From Chitinivibrionales bacterium (GTDB lineage: Bacteria > Fibrobacterota > Chitinivibrionia > Chitinivibrionales > WJKA01), in NCBI GenBank assembly GCA_038247415.1, contig JBBRUX010000006.1:58730-122729 (forward strand): a stretch of 64,000 bases of DNA, in the 5' to 3' direction. The notes beneath the pieces were generated by a model. It did not search any database. It saw nothing but the letters and a program-made list of their open reading frames with translations, and had not been told where the DNA came from. The position numbers and the translations under genes are program-made. This document shows, piece after piece, positions 33,520 through 42,348 of this stretch (positions within the stretch are counted from its first letter, which is position 1; each line of letters begins with the position of its first letter).

Positions 33520-33535
33520 TGGCACAGATATTGCA
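33520..33535 (+). promoter_or_regulatory. Sigma-54 (-24/-12) promoter facing the small ORF and PPTase
   Basis: TGGCACAGATATTGCA matches TGGCAC-N5-TTGCA. Confidence 0.75.
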
Positions 33536-33599
33536 TTAGTATATACGTAGAGTTTTTAAAGCTAGAATAAATGTAATACCATTAGAAAAAGGAGCTTGT

Positions 33600-33692
33600 A
33601 TGTTACTATCGTTATTTACTTTTTTTGGAGTAATTGTTGTTATGGTTTCATTTGGTTGGATCGGAAAGCATAAAGAAACGAAAACTGTTTAA
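33600..33692 (+). CDS. 30 aa single-TM small protein, absent from the ORF track
   Basis: AAGGAG RBS; MLLSLFTFFGVIVVMVSFGWIGKHKETKTV*; lies downstream of a sigma-54 motif. Confidence 0.55.
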   Translation: MLLSLFTFFGVIVVMVSFGWIGKHKETKTV

Positions 33693-33732
33693 GATTTGCA
33701 TCTAATTTGCACTTCGTAGTAGTTTCTTTTAC

Positions 33733-34374
33733 ATGAAAGCATATGTATATTGGTCCTTTATCCCCAAAAATGAGTTTTCTGCCGAATTAAAGCGAGTACT
33801 TGAATGTCTTCCTCAATCATTCCTTGTACCTATCTCTAAAAAACAAATTTTAAATGATCAATTAGCATCAACGGTTGGGAAATATCTCCTTAAGCATTGC
33901 TTGGGTCATTGTGGGATTTCTTCGGATCATCTTAAAAATCTTGTTCTCGATAGCAATGGTCGACCTTACATTCCAGGAATAGGCGATTTTAATATCTCGC
34001 ATTCTGGGGATATTGTTGTGTGCGCGTTTTGTCAGGACGGCCGGGTTGGGGTAGACATAGAAAAAATAGGGAAATTAAAAAGCGATGATTTGGGGAGCCA
34101 ACTCTCATTATCGCAGAAAAAAAAGATCGATTCCGCAATCAATCCCGCCCGTGCATTGTATGATCTCTGGACGCAATGTGAAAGTGTTCTCAAGGCTGAT
34201 GGTGCTGGGCTTAGTGCTTCTCTTAAAGATATTGAGCTTGCCGATGGGCATGCAATCTTTGCTTCAAAGAAGTGGTTTCTTTATCCGTTGACTTTAGAGC
34301 AAGGCTACGCTGCTTACCTGGCTACAAATAATGCATCTGTAGAGATATCGTATCATTCCCCGTGTAGTGCATAA
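33733..34374 (+). CDS. Sfp-type 4'-phosphopantetheinyl transferase
   Basis: GRPY; FNISHSG; VGVDIE; WTQCESVLKADG. Confidence 0.92.
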   Translation: MKAYVYWSFIPKNEFSAELKRVLECLPQSFLVPISKKQILNDQLASTVGKYLLKHCLGHCGISSDHLKNLVLDSNGRPYIPGIGDFNISHSGDIVVCAFCQDGRVGVDIEKIGKLKSDDLGSQLSLSQKKKIDSAINPARALYDLWTQCESVLKADGAGLSASLKDIELADGHAIFASKKWFLYPLTLEQGYAAYLATNNASVEISYHSPCSA

Positions 34375-34384
34375 CAAAAGCGAA

Positions 34385-35200
34385 TTATTCTGAAGCATTG
34401 AGCTCAAATAAAAACCCTGAGTAAGCTACGACATCGTAGTCGGGGCAAAATGGAATTTTACATTGCTTTTCTGGGTTAAGCCAATCATCTATCAATGTGT
34501 AGCCTTGAGCTTTAATATCATTTATAAAAGTGGTTCTGTTTTGAATGGAATACGGGCAGATTGCGACACCAATGTTTTGTAGCGTTACAAAGTGTTGTAA
34601 ATCGGTTAACGGGACTCCCGAAATAAGAATCCATTTTGGTTTGTTTGACAAGGTACTTATCATTTCGGCAAGCGATGATTGAAGATATTGTAATGAACCT
34701 GCTGCAAAAAAAATTGATGCTCCGGATGCATCGGCAAGAGATGGTGTAAAAGATAGATGTGATACACCTTGTGTTCCTTGAGCATAGATTTTACCTTCTG
34801 CAATTATTGCAGGTAAATCACACACCTTCCAGGTAAAATTATTGGGGTAGTTGAGATAACGTGTATAAGCATAATATTTGACGCCAATATGCCCTCCAAA
34901 ATCAAATAGTGTTGTATGCCCTTTTGAAATGAGCCGAGATAACCAAAACATGATAGCATAATCGCGCGGATTAATTTGATTGATAAGATCGTAGTGCTTA
35001 TGCGCAGCCAGAGCGGAATCATAGCTTACAGGTAGGTTTATCGGGATAGCTTTTGTAGCAGCATTGAAATTAGGATATATTCCGAAATAAGTACCTTTAA
35101 ATGCAAAAAAATTCTTTATATAGTGCTTACTTAAAAGTAGTTTTCTAAAGATTACGATACTGTGCTTAGCTGCTTTTGCAGCACGATCAAGTATACTCAT
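34385..35200 (-). CDS. Putative SAM-dependent methyltransferase (TIGR04325-like)
   Basis: FDFGGHIG; W-VCDLP; GSLQYL; FVTLQN. Confidence 0.75.
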   Translation of the reverse strand: MSILDRAAKAAKHSIVIFRKLLLSKHYIKNFFAFKGTYFGIYPNFNAATKAIPINLPVSYDSALAAHKHYDLINQINPRDYAIMFWLSRLISKGHTTLFDFGGHIGVKYYAYTRYLNYPNNFTWKVCDLPAIIAEGKIYAQGTQGVSHLSFTPSLADASGASIFFAAGSLQYLQSSLAEMISTLSNKPKWILISGVPLTDLQHFVTLQNIGVAICPYSIQNRTTFINDIKAQGYTLIDDWLNPEKQCKIPFCPDYDVVAYSGFLFELNASE

Positions 35201-35273
35201 GAAGACTTACTTTCGGTTTGACATTGTGTGGCCAGACCCACTATTTTTTTATGCTGACAAATAATACTTTGGT

Positions 35274-36107
35274 TTAGCAAAATTTTCGCTTCATCCAGTC
35301 TGCAACTGCTGCAAACATTGCAGCGCGCTCGCTTAGTTGCACAAATAAATGGTCGGAATTTTTAAAGTACAAAAGTTCGGCCTGATTTTTAAAATCAACT
35401 TTTTTGAACATGTCCCAAAATTGATTTTCATAGTTATAAATTACCGGTATCCCACCTGTATATATATAGAGTAATGTTGTTTTTCGGGATATAATGGTAG
35501 CAAGCTCATTCATGATTATTGTTTTTGGTTCGAATTGTATGAGCTGAATTGTGGGCTTGGAAGCAGAAATGTTGCTCTTTGCAGAGCGAAACAAGGCTTT
35601 CCATGTACGTGATATATACGTACCCCATTTTTTAAGCGAGAAAAGGGGAAGAACCCGATCGATACAATGAAACTTTAGGGTGAGATACGCAAATGAATCT
35701 ACTTGAACAGTTCCTACAATGCGCGGATCCTTTAATGCTATATCATGAGCAATAAGGGCACCTCGGCAAAGTCCGTATACTACAAATGTTGTTGCATTGC
35801 GTTTTTGTTGCAAGTAATCCATCGACTGAATTATGTCAAGGAGAATGCGTTCGTCTTCCGAGGCTTTTCCATACGCCTGCATGCTGTCGCCGATGCCGTG
35901 CATATCAAACCGGAAACTTGTAAAACCTTCTTCTGCCAGAAATCGGGCAAGGTCAACGTGTTCACGATAGGGCCCACAATGGGGCAAAATGCCTGCATTG
36001 ATAATAATAAAAATGGGTGCATTTTCACGTTTCGGTGTAGAAACCGGTTCGGTAATAATGCCACAAAGACTCTGGTTGTCTCCGTAGGTAAAAAGGCGTT
36101 CAATCAT
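35274..36107 (-). CDS. Alpha/beta hydrolase (GLCxG nucleophile elbow)
   Basis: NAGILPHCGP; FRFDMHGIGDS; GLCRGA; DHLF. Confidence 0.85.
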   Translation of the reverse strand: MIERLFTYGDNQSLCGIITEPVSTPKRENAPIFIIINAGILPHCGPYREHVDLARFLAEEGFTSFRFDMHGIGDSMQAYGKASEDERILLDIIQSMDYLQQKRNATTFVVYGLCRGALIAHDIALKDPRIVGTVQVDSFAYLTLKFHCIDRVLPLFSLKKWGTYISRTWKALFRSAKSNISASKPTIQLIQFEPKTIIMNELATIISRKTTLLYIYTGGIPVIYNYENQFWDMFKKVDFKNQAELLYFKNSDHLFVQLSERAAMFAAVADWMKRKFC

Positions 36108-36886
36108 GAGGCAGACTCCAAAAATGTTTGAGCCACGCTTTTTGCTGCCTCGAGATTAAGAATCATTTTGTCAATAGCTTTGTGATTGGTAGTGTCTATT
36201 GATGTTGTGGTAAAAATCCGTTTCGTGTGCGCAGGATGCGTTGAGTGCTTATGAAGAAATGCATCGGCATCTATATCTGTTTCAGGCGCTGCAACACAAA
36301 CAAATTTTACTTTGTCTAGCGCTGCATCAAGCAAATTTAATTGACTAATCTCATTCCAAAGCTCTTTGGAATATTCAAAACCAGAACATTCAACAAAATC
36401 TCCATGAATAGGGGGTGCTCCAAGAAGCTTTGCATGCAAGAGCGAAATTTCGTCGAGATAGGTGGTTCCACGCACAATAGGATCCCATACAAAAAGATTG
36501 TCGCAAGAAAGTCCTTTGTCAATCGCTTGTGCAGCAAGTGTTGCTCCAAGCCGCATTCCGATGATATTTATTGTTGTGACCTCTGCCCGATCGCATAATT
36601 CTTCGGTTGCCGTGGCAATATCTGCGATCCATTGCGCAATGGAGCTCTCACGGCTTTTGCCATTGGAATCGCCGTTTCCAGAATAGTCGAACCGCAATAC
36701 AGCGTAGCCGCTATTGGCAAGTAAATTTGCGAGTTGTTTGACGATAAGGTGAGCTCGAATATATTCATGGAAAATGGGTGTGCAGAGCAAAACTGCATTA
36801 CTTTGCAAGGCTACTGTGCCTATTGGTGGGTGATATACCCCATACAGCGGGTATTGTGAGGAGCTAAAAAAAAATGGATGTGCCAT
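36104..36886 (-). CDS. Alpha/beta hydrolase-fold protein (GMRLG, non-canonical elbow)
   Basis: LRFDYSGNGDS; IGMRLGATLA; WDPI. Confidence 0.85.
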   Translation of the reverse strand: MAHPFFFSSSQYPLYGVYHPPIGTVALQSNAVLLCTPIFHEYIRAHLIVKQLANLLANSGYAVLRFDYSGNGDSNGKSRESSIAQWIADIATATEELCDRAEVTTINIIGMRLGATLAAQAIDKGLSCDNLFVWDPIVRGTTYLDEISLLHAKLLGAPPIHGDFVECSGFEYSKELWNEISQLNLLDAALDKVKFVCVAAPETDIDADAFLHKHSTHPAHTKRIFTTTSIDTTNHKAIDKMILNLEAAKSVAQTFLESAS

Positions 36887-36892
36887 ATGAAA

Positions 36893-39097
36893 TTAAGATA
36901 ATACCTTTTTAGCAAGGAATGCAAAAAATCCCGCTTTTTTAGTTTCAGCAGGGTGTATGGCTTGTTCTTCGATTAGTGTTGAAGGGCTATCATCTGAAAA
37001 AAATTCATGGCATATCTGCTCTAAGTTGTTTAAAAGCAAAACTCGAGGATTGATGCGCACTTTCTTTTCCCGTTCAATGCGTTCAACAACTATCATTGAT
37101 AAAAGTGAATAGCCACCAAGTTCAAAGAAGTTGTCATGAATGCCAATTACATCTTTGGCAAGAAGCTCTTTCCAGAGCGATGCAAGATAGTGTTGTGTTG
37201 GCGTGGTAGGCAGTATGATTTCGCGTTGCTGTTTAAGAGGCATCTCGCTTGGCATGGGTAATGCGCTATCGTCAAATAATCCGTCTGCGGTTTTGATTAA
37301 TGTTTCAATTTCTACAAAATGTCGAGGGAGAAGTTCTCCGCTCAGAACTGTTCGGGCAAATTTTCTAATTTCGGTGCCTGTCATGCTCCCTTCTTCACGC
37401 AATACAAACCATGCGACAAGTCTGTTTTCTTCATCTGAGATTGGTATGAGTTTAACGAGCGCATTTTCTATTGATGGATGTTGCTTCAAAGTTTGAGCAA
37501 TTTCTTTGCATTGGGCATCAGAAAGCACAAGAGCTGTTGATGTTTCCGCTTGTGTGAAGCTTTCCCCAGGATCGAGCATTGCAATTTTTGATAATGGAAG
37601 GCTTGGGTCTTCAAGTGCGCTTATAAGAATGTTTTTAAGATGGTATATAAAGCGCTCTATTGTTCCATGATTGAAAATATCGCTATTATAATCGAGTCTT
37701 CCCATGAGCTCAGAACTGGTTTCTTTAAACCACAAAGAAATATCAAATGAAGAAACGTCCGTTTGCGGAGCTGGGAGTTGAACAATTTCAACATCGCCGA
37801 GCTTTTGCGGGCGAGTTCGCGCATCTTGGAATGTAAAGAGAGTTTGAAAGAGAGGCTTTGTGCTAATTTCGGGAAGCTTTTCGACTATGTGCTCGAAGGG
37901 AACATTCTGATGAGATGCTGCTTCGAGACTGACGATCTTGACACGAGATATTAATTCTGAAAATGAGGGGTTGCCCGAGCAGTCGGCTCGTAGAACAACA
38001 GTGTTAGTAAAAAAACCGATTATTTTTTCGGTTTCGGGTCGAAACCTACCCCACATAGGACTGCCTATATTAATGTGAGGATGTCCAGAATAGCGATGAA
38101 GAATTGTAGCAAATCCGGCAAGGATAACCATAAATAGGGTTGCATCATGTTTGGCTCCCAGGGACTTTAGTTTGTCAACAATATCGCGCGGTAAATCGAG
38201 TCGAACCCGTCCTCCCGTATAACTTCGTTTCTGAGGGCGTGGTTTATCGGTAGGTAGTTGTAGCGATTGTACTGTCCCTCCACCTAGTTTTTTTCGCCAG
38301 TATGCAATATGGGCATCTTCACTGGTTTCGGAAAGCCCTTTTTTTTGCCATGCTGCGTAATCGCCATATTGAATGGGAAGTGGTGGCAATGGTGATGGTT
38401 CATTGCGTACAAAAGCAGGATATAATGCCGAAATTTCTTCGAGCATGATGTCAAACGACCAGCCATCCCATACCATATGATGACTCATCCAAAAAAGGAT
38501 ATGCTCGGTTTCGCTTAGAGTAATGAGTTCTACTCTAAACAGCGGACCCGATGCAAGATTAAAAGGTACTTTAACTTGTTGACGAAGATAGGTAAAAAAC
38601 GTTTCATCATTTTTTGGCACATGCATACTCATGTCTGTCACGTGGATCTTTACAGGTGATGCAGGTGTAATGACCTGAACTGGTTCATTGTCTTGAAGCT
38701 TGTAGGTAGTGCGCAGTATTTCATGTCGAGTAGTAAACTCTGTAAAGCACTTCTCTAAAACAGAACGTGAAAGTGTGCCAGTGAGACGAATTACACAGGG
38801 GAGATTGTATCCTAATAAATTTGGTATGAGCTGATCGATAAACCAAAGGCTTTTTTGACATACGGTAAGTGGCAATGGTTGAGTCCGTGGTTGAATCTCT
38901 ATGGGAGAATACAGAATATCATCGTGAGTGAGTGCTTCACGTAAAAAATCTATGAGCTCTGACTTACGATCTTTAATGTGAGCCTGAATGTCACTTTTTA
39001 GTACTCCTGGCAATGCTAAACATTTTAGTTTGTCATTATCGAGTTTTAAAGAGATCCCAAGAGTATCTAAATAATTAATGAATTGGGCTGTGGTCAT
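36893..39097 (-). CDS. NRPS: N-terminal docking-type domain - condensation - truncated A (C-terminal subdomain only) - T
   Basis: HHMVWDGWS; no A-core motifs; FFELGGYSLL carrier motif. Confidence 0.85.
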   Translation of the reverse strand: MTTAQFINYLDTLGISLKLDNDKLKCLALPGVLKSDIQAHIKDRKSELIDFLREALTHDDILYSPIEIQPRTQPLPLTVCQKSLWFIDQLIPNLLGYNLPCVIRLTGTLSRSVLEKCFTEFTTRHEILRTTYKLQDNEPVQVITPASPVKIHVTDMSMHVPKNDETFFTYLRQQVKVPFNLASGPLFRVELITLSETEHILFWMSHHMVWDGWSFDIMLEEISALYPAFVRNEPSPLPPLPIQYGDYAAWQKKGLSETSEDAHIAYWRKKLGGGTVQSLQLPTDKPRPQKRSYTGGRVRLDLPRDIVDKLKSLGAKHDATLFMVILAGFATILHRYSGHPHINIGSPMWGRFRPETEKIIGFFTNTVVLRADCSGNPSFSELISRVKIVSLEAASHQNVPFEHIVEKLPEISTKPLFQTLFTFQDARTRPQKLGDVEIVQLPAPQTDVSSFDISLWFKETSSELMGRLDYNSDIFNHGTIERFIYHLKNILISALEDPSLPLSKIAMLDPGESFTQAETSTALVLSDAQCKEIAQTLKQHPSIENALVKLIPISDEENRLVAWFVLREEGSMTGTEIRKFARTVLSGELLPRHFVEIETLIKTADGLFDDSALPMPSEMPLKQQREIILPTTPTQHYLASLWKELLAKDVIGIHDNFFELGGYSLLSMIVVERIEREKKVRINPRVLLLNNLEQICHEFFSDDSPSTLIEEQAIHPAETKKAGFFAFLAKKVLS

Positions 39098-42000
39098 ATT
39101 TCAACCTCTTCAAGAGACTCGTTGGATGTTGCCTGTTTGGTGCTGGAATTACGAATTTTTTGCACAGCTTCAAAGTGGGTAGCGCAGAGCTCGATTGTGG
39201 GCATTTCAAAAAATTGACGCATAGAGAGTTCAAACCCCATGATCTTGCGTAAGCGTGAAATCACTTGTGTTACGAGAAGAGAATGCCCCCCAAGATCAAA
39301 AAAGTTGTCGGTACGGCCAAGAGTCCCAAGGCCCAGAACCTCTCTCCAGATTAGCGCAACTGCTTCTTCGGTTGGTGTTTTTGGGGGGTCTCCACCTTTT
39401 CCTATTTGTATATCAAGCGAAAATAAGCCAGCAAGTTTTTTGCGATCGATCTTGCCTGCAGGTGTAAGGGGAATATGCCCAATGCCAATAAAATGCTGCG
39501 GAATCATGTATTCGGGGAGCCGTGCTTTTAAAAAAGTCCGTAAAGCTGCTTGTTCCGCTGGCTCTTGTGTGTAAACAATATAAGCAACTAATCGGACATC
39601 GTTTGGATGAGGCTCAACTTTAACGACGGCCGCGTGAGCGATCCCCGAAAAACGAGCGAGCACCGCCTCAATTTCCCCCGGTTCAATCCGATACCCGCGT
39701 ATTTTTACCTGGCCATCTATTCGCCCTAGATGTTCGATAGTGCCATTGGGAAGGATACGTGCCAGATCCCCTGTTTTGTAAATAATGGTGCCCGGATTGG
39801 TGGAATCGGAAATAAAAGCTTCTGCAGTAATGTCGGGCTTTTTAAGGTAGCCAAGCGTTACCCCTAATCCACCAATACATAATTCGCCAGCAACTCCAAG
39901 CGGCACCTTGTGGCCTTGTTCGTTAACAATAGAGATCGTGGTGTTTGCAATTGGTAATCCAATGTGAATGGGGGCAGAAGGATTGGTAATTATACAGCAC
40001 GTAGACCACACCGTGGTCTCGGTTGGCCCATACATGTTGAATACTTTTGCAGCTCGCGTGCATAATTCAATAGCAAGGTCGGGCGGGAATGGCTCTCCAC
40101 CACACAGCGCAACAAGCGAAGGGCTTTTTTGCCACCCTGCCGCAATAAGAAAACGCCACGTGGTTGGTGTTGCCTGCATAATGGTGGCTTTTGATTTGAT
40201 CAGTGTATCGAGCAAGAGATTGCCATCTCCTGCTGTTTGTTTGTCAACCAGAATAGTTTTGGCCCCACAGGTAAGGGGCAGAAAAATCTCGAGAACTGCT
40301 ATATCGAAAGAAAGTGTTGTGATGGCAAGTATGCTATCGTTTTCGGCAATGCCAGGTTTTTGTTGCATGGAAAAAAGAAAGTTTACAACACTCCTATGGG
40401 GAACAATAACTCCTTTGGGTCTTCCTGTGGAACCAGAAGTAAATATGACATACGCGGGCGATTCTGGACTCATAGAAATTGTTGGTAGTGTTTTTGGTTC
40501 GGAATGCGATATTGCATCTGAGTCATCGAGAAGGATTTTACTAATTCCGGATTGTTCGCATACTGCTTGTGTTGACTTGTGCGCAAGTATTAATGTTAAT
40601 TCGGCATCTTCAATCATGTAGCCAATGCGCTCTTGAGGATACAAGGGGTCGATGGGAACATATGCTGCACCACTTTTAAGAATACCAAGAATGCCTACTA
40701 AAAGGTCTGTGGTTCGTTCTACACAGAGTCCAATGAGTGTGCCGGGCAGCACACCTTTTTTAATGAGAGAATGGGCAAGCTGATTAGATTTTTCGTCGAG
40801 TTCCTGGTATGTTAACGAGCCGTTTAGTGCAGAAACCGCAATGCGCATTGGGCTTTTTAGTGCCTGGGCATGTATGAGCTCGTGCAAGCATACTGTAGGA
40901 ACACTAACGTTCGTAGCATTGATAGATGTATAAAGATCTTTTTCGCCTTGGGTAAGAAGTGAAATAGTTCCAAGCGTTTTTGAAGGATCTTCTACAATCT
41001 GCTCAAGAAATAAAGTGAATTGCGCAAACCACCGCGTGATGGTTTCTTGCGAAAACAGGTTTGTGTTATATTGGCACTCGATACGGAGGTCTCCGTGTGT
41101 TTCCATGGCGTTAATAAAGAGCTCGAAATTTTCGAAGTGCCGAGGATTGGAAATGAACTCGGGAACTAAAGATTCAAATCCAAGTTTTGCATTGTCGATC
41201 GTTTGATCGACATTAAAGAGAACCGATACAAGCGGTATTCGGGAATTGTCGCGTTTAATCTGGAGCGATTGCAAAAGAGTACCAAACGTAAATTGTTGGT
41301 TTTCGAAAGCATCGAGCATGGTAGATTTAACACTTTTAAGCAGCTCTTTAAAAGAGAGCATGCTTTGGGGCTTGGTACGCAGAGGAAGTAGGTTGACACA
41401 GTGACCCACAAGGTCTTTTTGGCCTACTGCATTTTGGCCTGCTGCGGGAATTCCAATTACGATATCGTCCTGGTTCGTTATGTGGTGTAATAAACCAGAA
41501 AATGATGCGAGCATGGTTACAAAAAAACTGGCGCCCTGTGCTGTTCCTACCTGCTTGACTTTGCGGATGAGGTCTGCGGGAATGAGAATGTCTTCACGCA
41601 ACGATTCGAAAGTGCGCGAGGCTGGGCGCTTGTAATCGAGCGGCAAATCTAGCGGTGAGGGGATATCGTCAAACTGTTTTTTCCAAAATGCTAGTGTTGT
41701 TTTATACTCTGCCGATTGATGAAAAGCAATTTCGTTACGCGCATAAGATGCGAATTGAAAGGGGGAAGTTATTGGAGCCGCAACTCCTTTGCATTCGGCA
41801 GTATACAATTGGCCAAGCTCGGGTAAAAGAATTGCAGTAGAAAAGCCATCGCAGATGCTATGGTGGGCAGTAAGCACAAATAGATGCTCGGTGTCGGCTA
41901 TTTTTATAAGCAATGGCGCAGTTAAAGGGCCTGCAATTAAATCGAAGGGAGTATTTACTGCATCGTCAAGAAATTCTTTAATTCTATCTATCCTGCTTTC

Positions 42001-42348
42001 GGAGGATTCGGATGATATATCAAGGTAGGTACAATGAGTTTTGTCTGATGGAGCCGTTATAATCATGGTTGCGCCATCGGGCCCAAAGACGCTGCGTAAC
42101 GAATCGTGTAGCCCATAAAGCTTAGCAAGCGCTATTTTAAAATTGTCAATGGATAAAGAACCTTGCAGCTTTAATGAGATAGATTCATTGAACGCACAGT
42201 TAGCATCGTCGCCAAGTTGCACCGATGACCACATTTCTTTTTGCGCTTCGGTAGATGGTACCGAAGCGGTGATGGTGTCTAACGCGAAGGGGTCAAAATC
42301 GACGGCAGTCCCTTGGGGGCTTATAGAGCTCTTTGATTCTTGACTCAT
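39094..42348 (-). CDS. NRPS module C-A-T (Gly-like specificity code)
   Basis: HHSICDG; FTSGSTGRPKG; YGPTETT; YKTGD; FFDLGGHSLL. Start set to the ATG at 42348 (ATGA overlap, GGAG RBS). Confidence 0.93.
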   Translation of the reverse strand: MSQESKSSISPQGTAVDFDPFALDTITASVPSTEAQKEMWSSVQLGDDANCAFNESISLKLQGSLSIDNFKIALAKLYGLHDSLRSVFGPDGATMIITAPSDKTHCTYLDISSESSESRIDRIKEFLDDAVNTPFDLIAGPLTAPLLIKIADTEHLFVLTAHHSICDGFSTAILLPELGQLYTAECKGVAAPITSPFQFASYARNEIAFHQSAEYKTTLAFWKKQFDDIPSPLDLPLDYKRPASRTFESLREDILIPADLIRKVKQVGTAQGASFFVTMLASFSGLLHHITNQDDIVIGIPAAGQNAVGQKDLVGHCVNLLPLRTKPQSMLSFKELLKSVKSTMLDAFENQQFTFGTLLQSLQIKRDNSRIPLVSVLFNVDQTIDNAKLGFESLVPEFISNPRHFENFELFINAMETHGDLRIECQYNTNLFSQETITRWFAQFTLFLEQIVEDPSKTLGTISLLTQGEKDLYTSINATNVSVPTVCLHELIHAQALKSPMRIAVSALNGSLTYQELDEKSNQLAHSLIKKGVLPGTLIGLCVERTTDLLVGILGILKSGAAYVPIDPLYPQERIGYMIEDAELTLILAHKSTQAVCEQSGISKILLDDSDAISHSEPKTLPTISMSPESPAYVIFTSGSTGRPKGVIVPHRSVVNFLFSMQQKPGIAENDSILAITTLSFDIAVLEIFLPLTCGAKTILVDKQTAGDGNLLLDTLIKSKATIMQATPTTWRFLIAAGWQKSPSLVALCGGEPFPPDLAIELCTRAAKVFNMYGPTETTVWSTCCIITNPSAPIHIGLPIANTTISIVNEQGHKVPLGVAGELCIGGLGVTLGYLKKPDITAEAFISDSTNPGTIIYKTGDLARILPNGTIEHLGRIDGQVKIRGYRIEPGEIEAVLARFSGIAHAAVVKVEPHPNDVRLVAYIVYTQEPAEQAALRTFLKARLPEYMIPQHFIGIGHIPLTPAGKIDRKKLAGLFSLDIQIGKGGDPPKTPTEEAVALIWREVLGLGTLGRTDNFFDLGGHSLLVTQVISRLRKIMGFELSMRQFFEMPTIELCATHFEAVQKIRNSSTKQATSNESLEEVEI

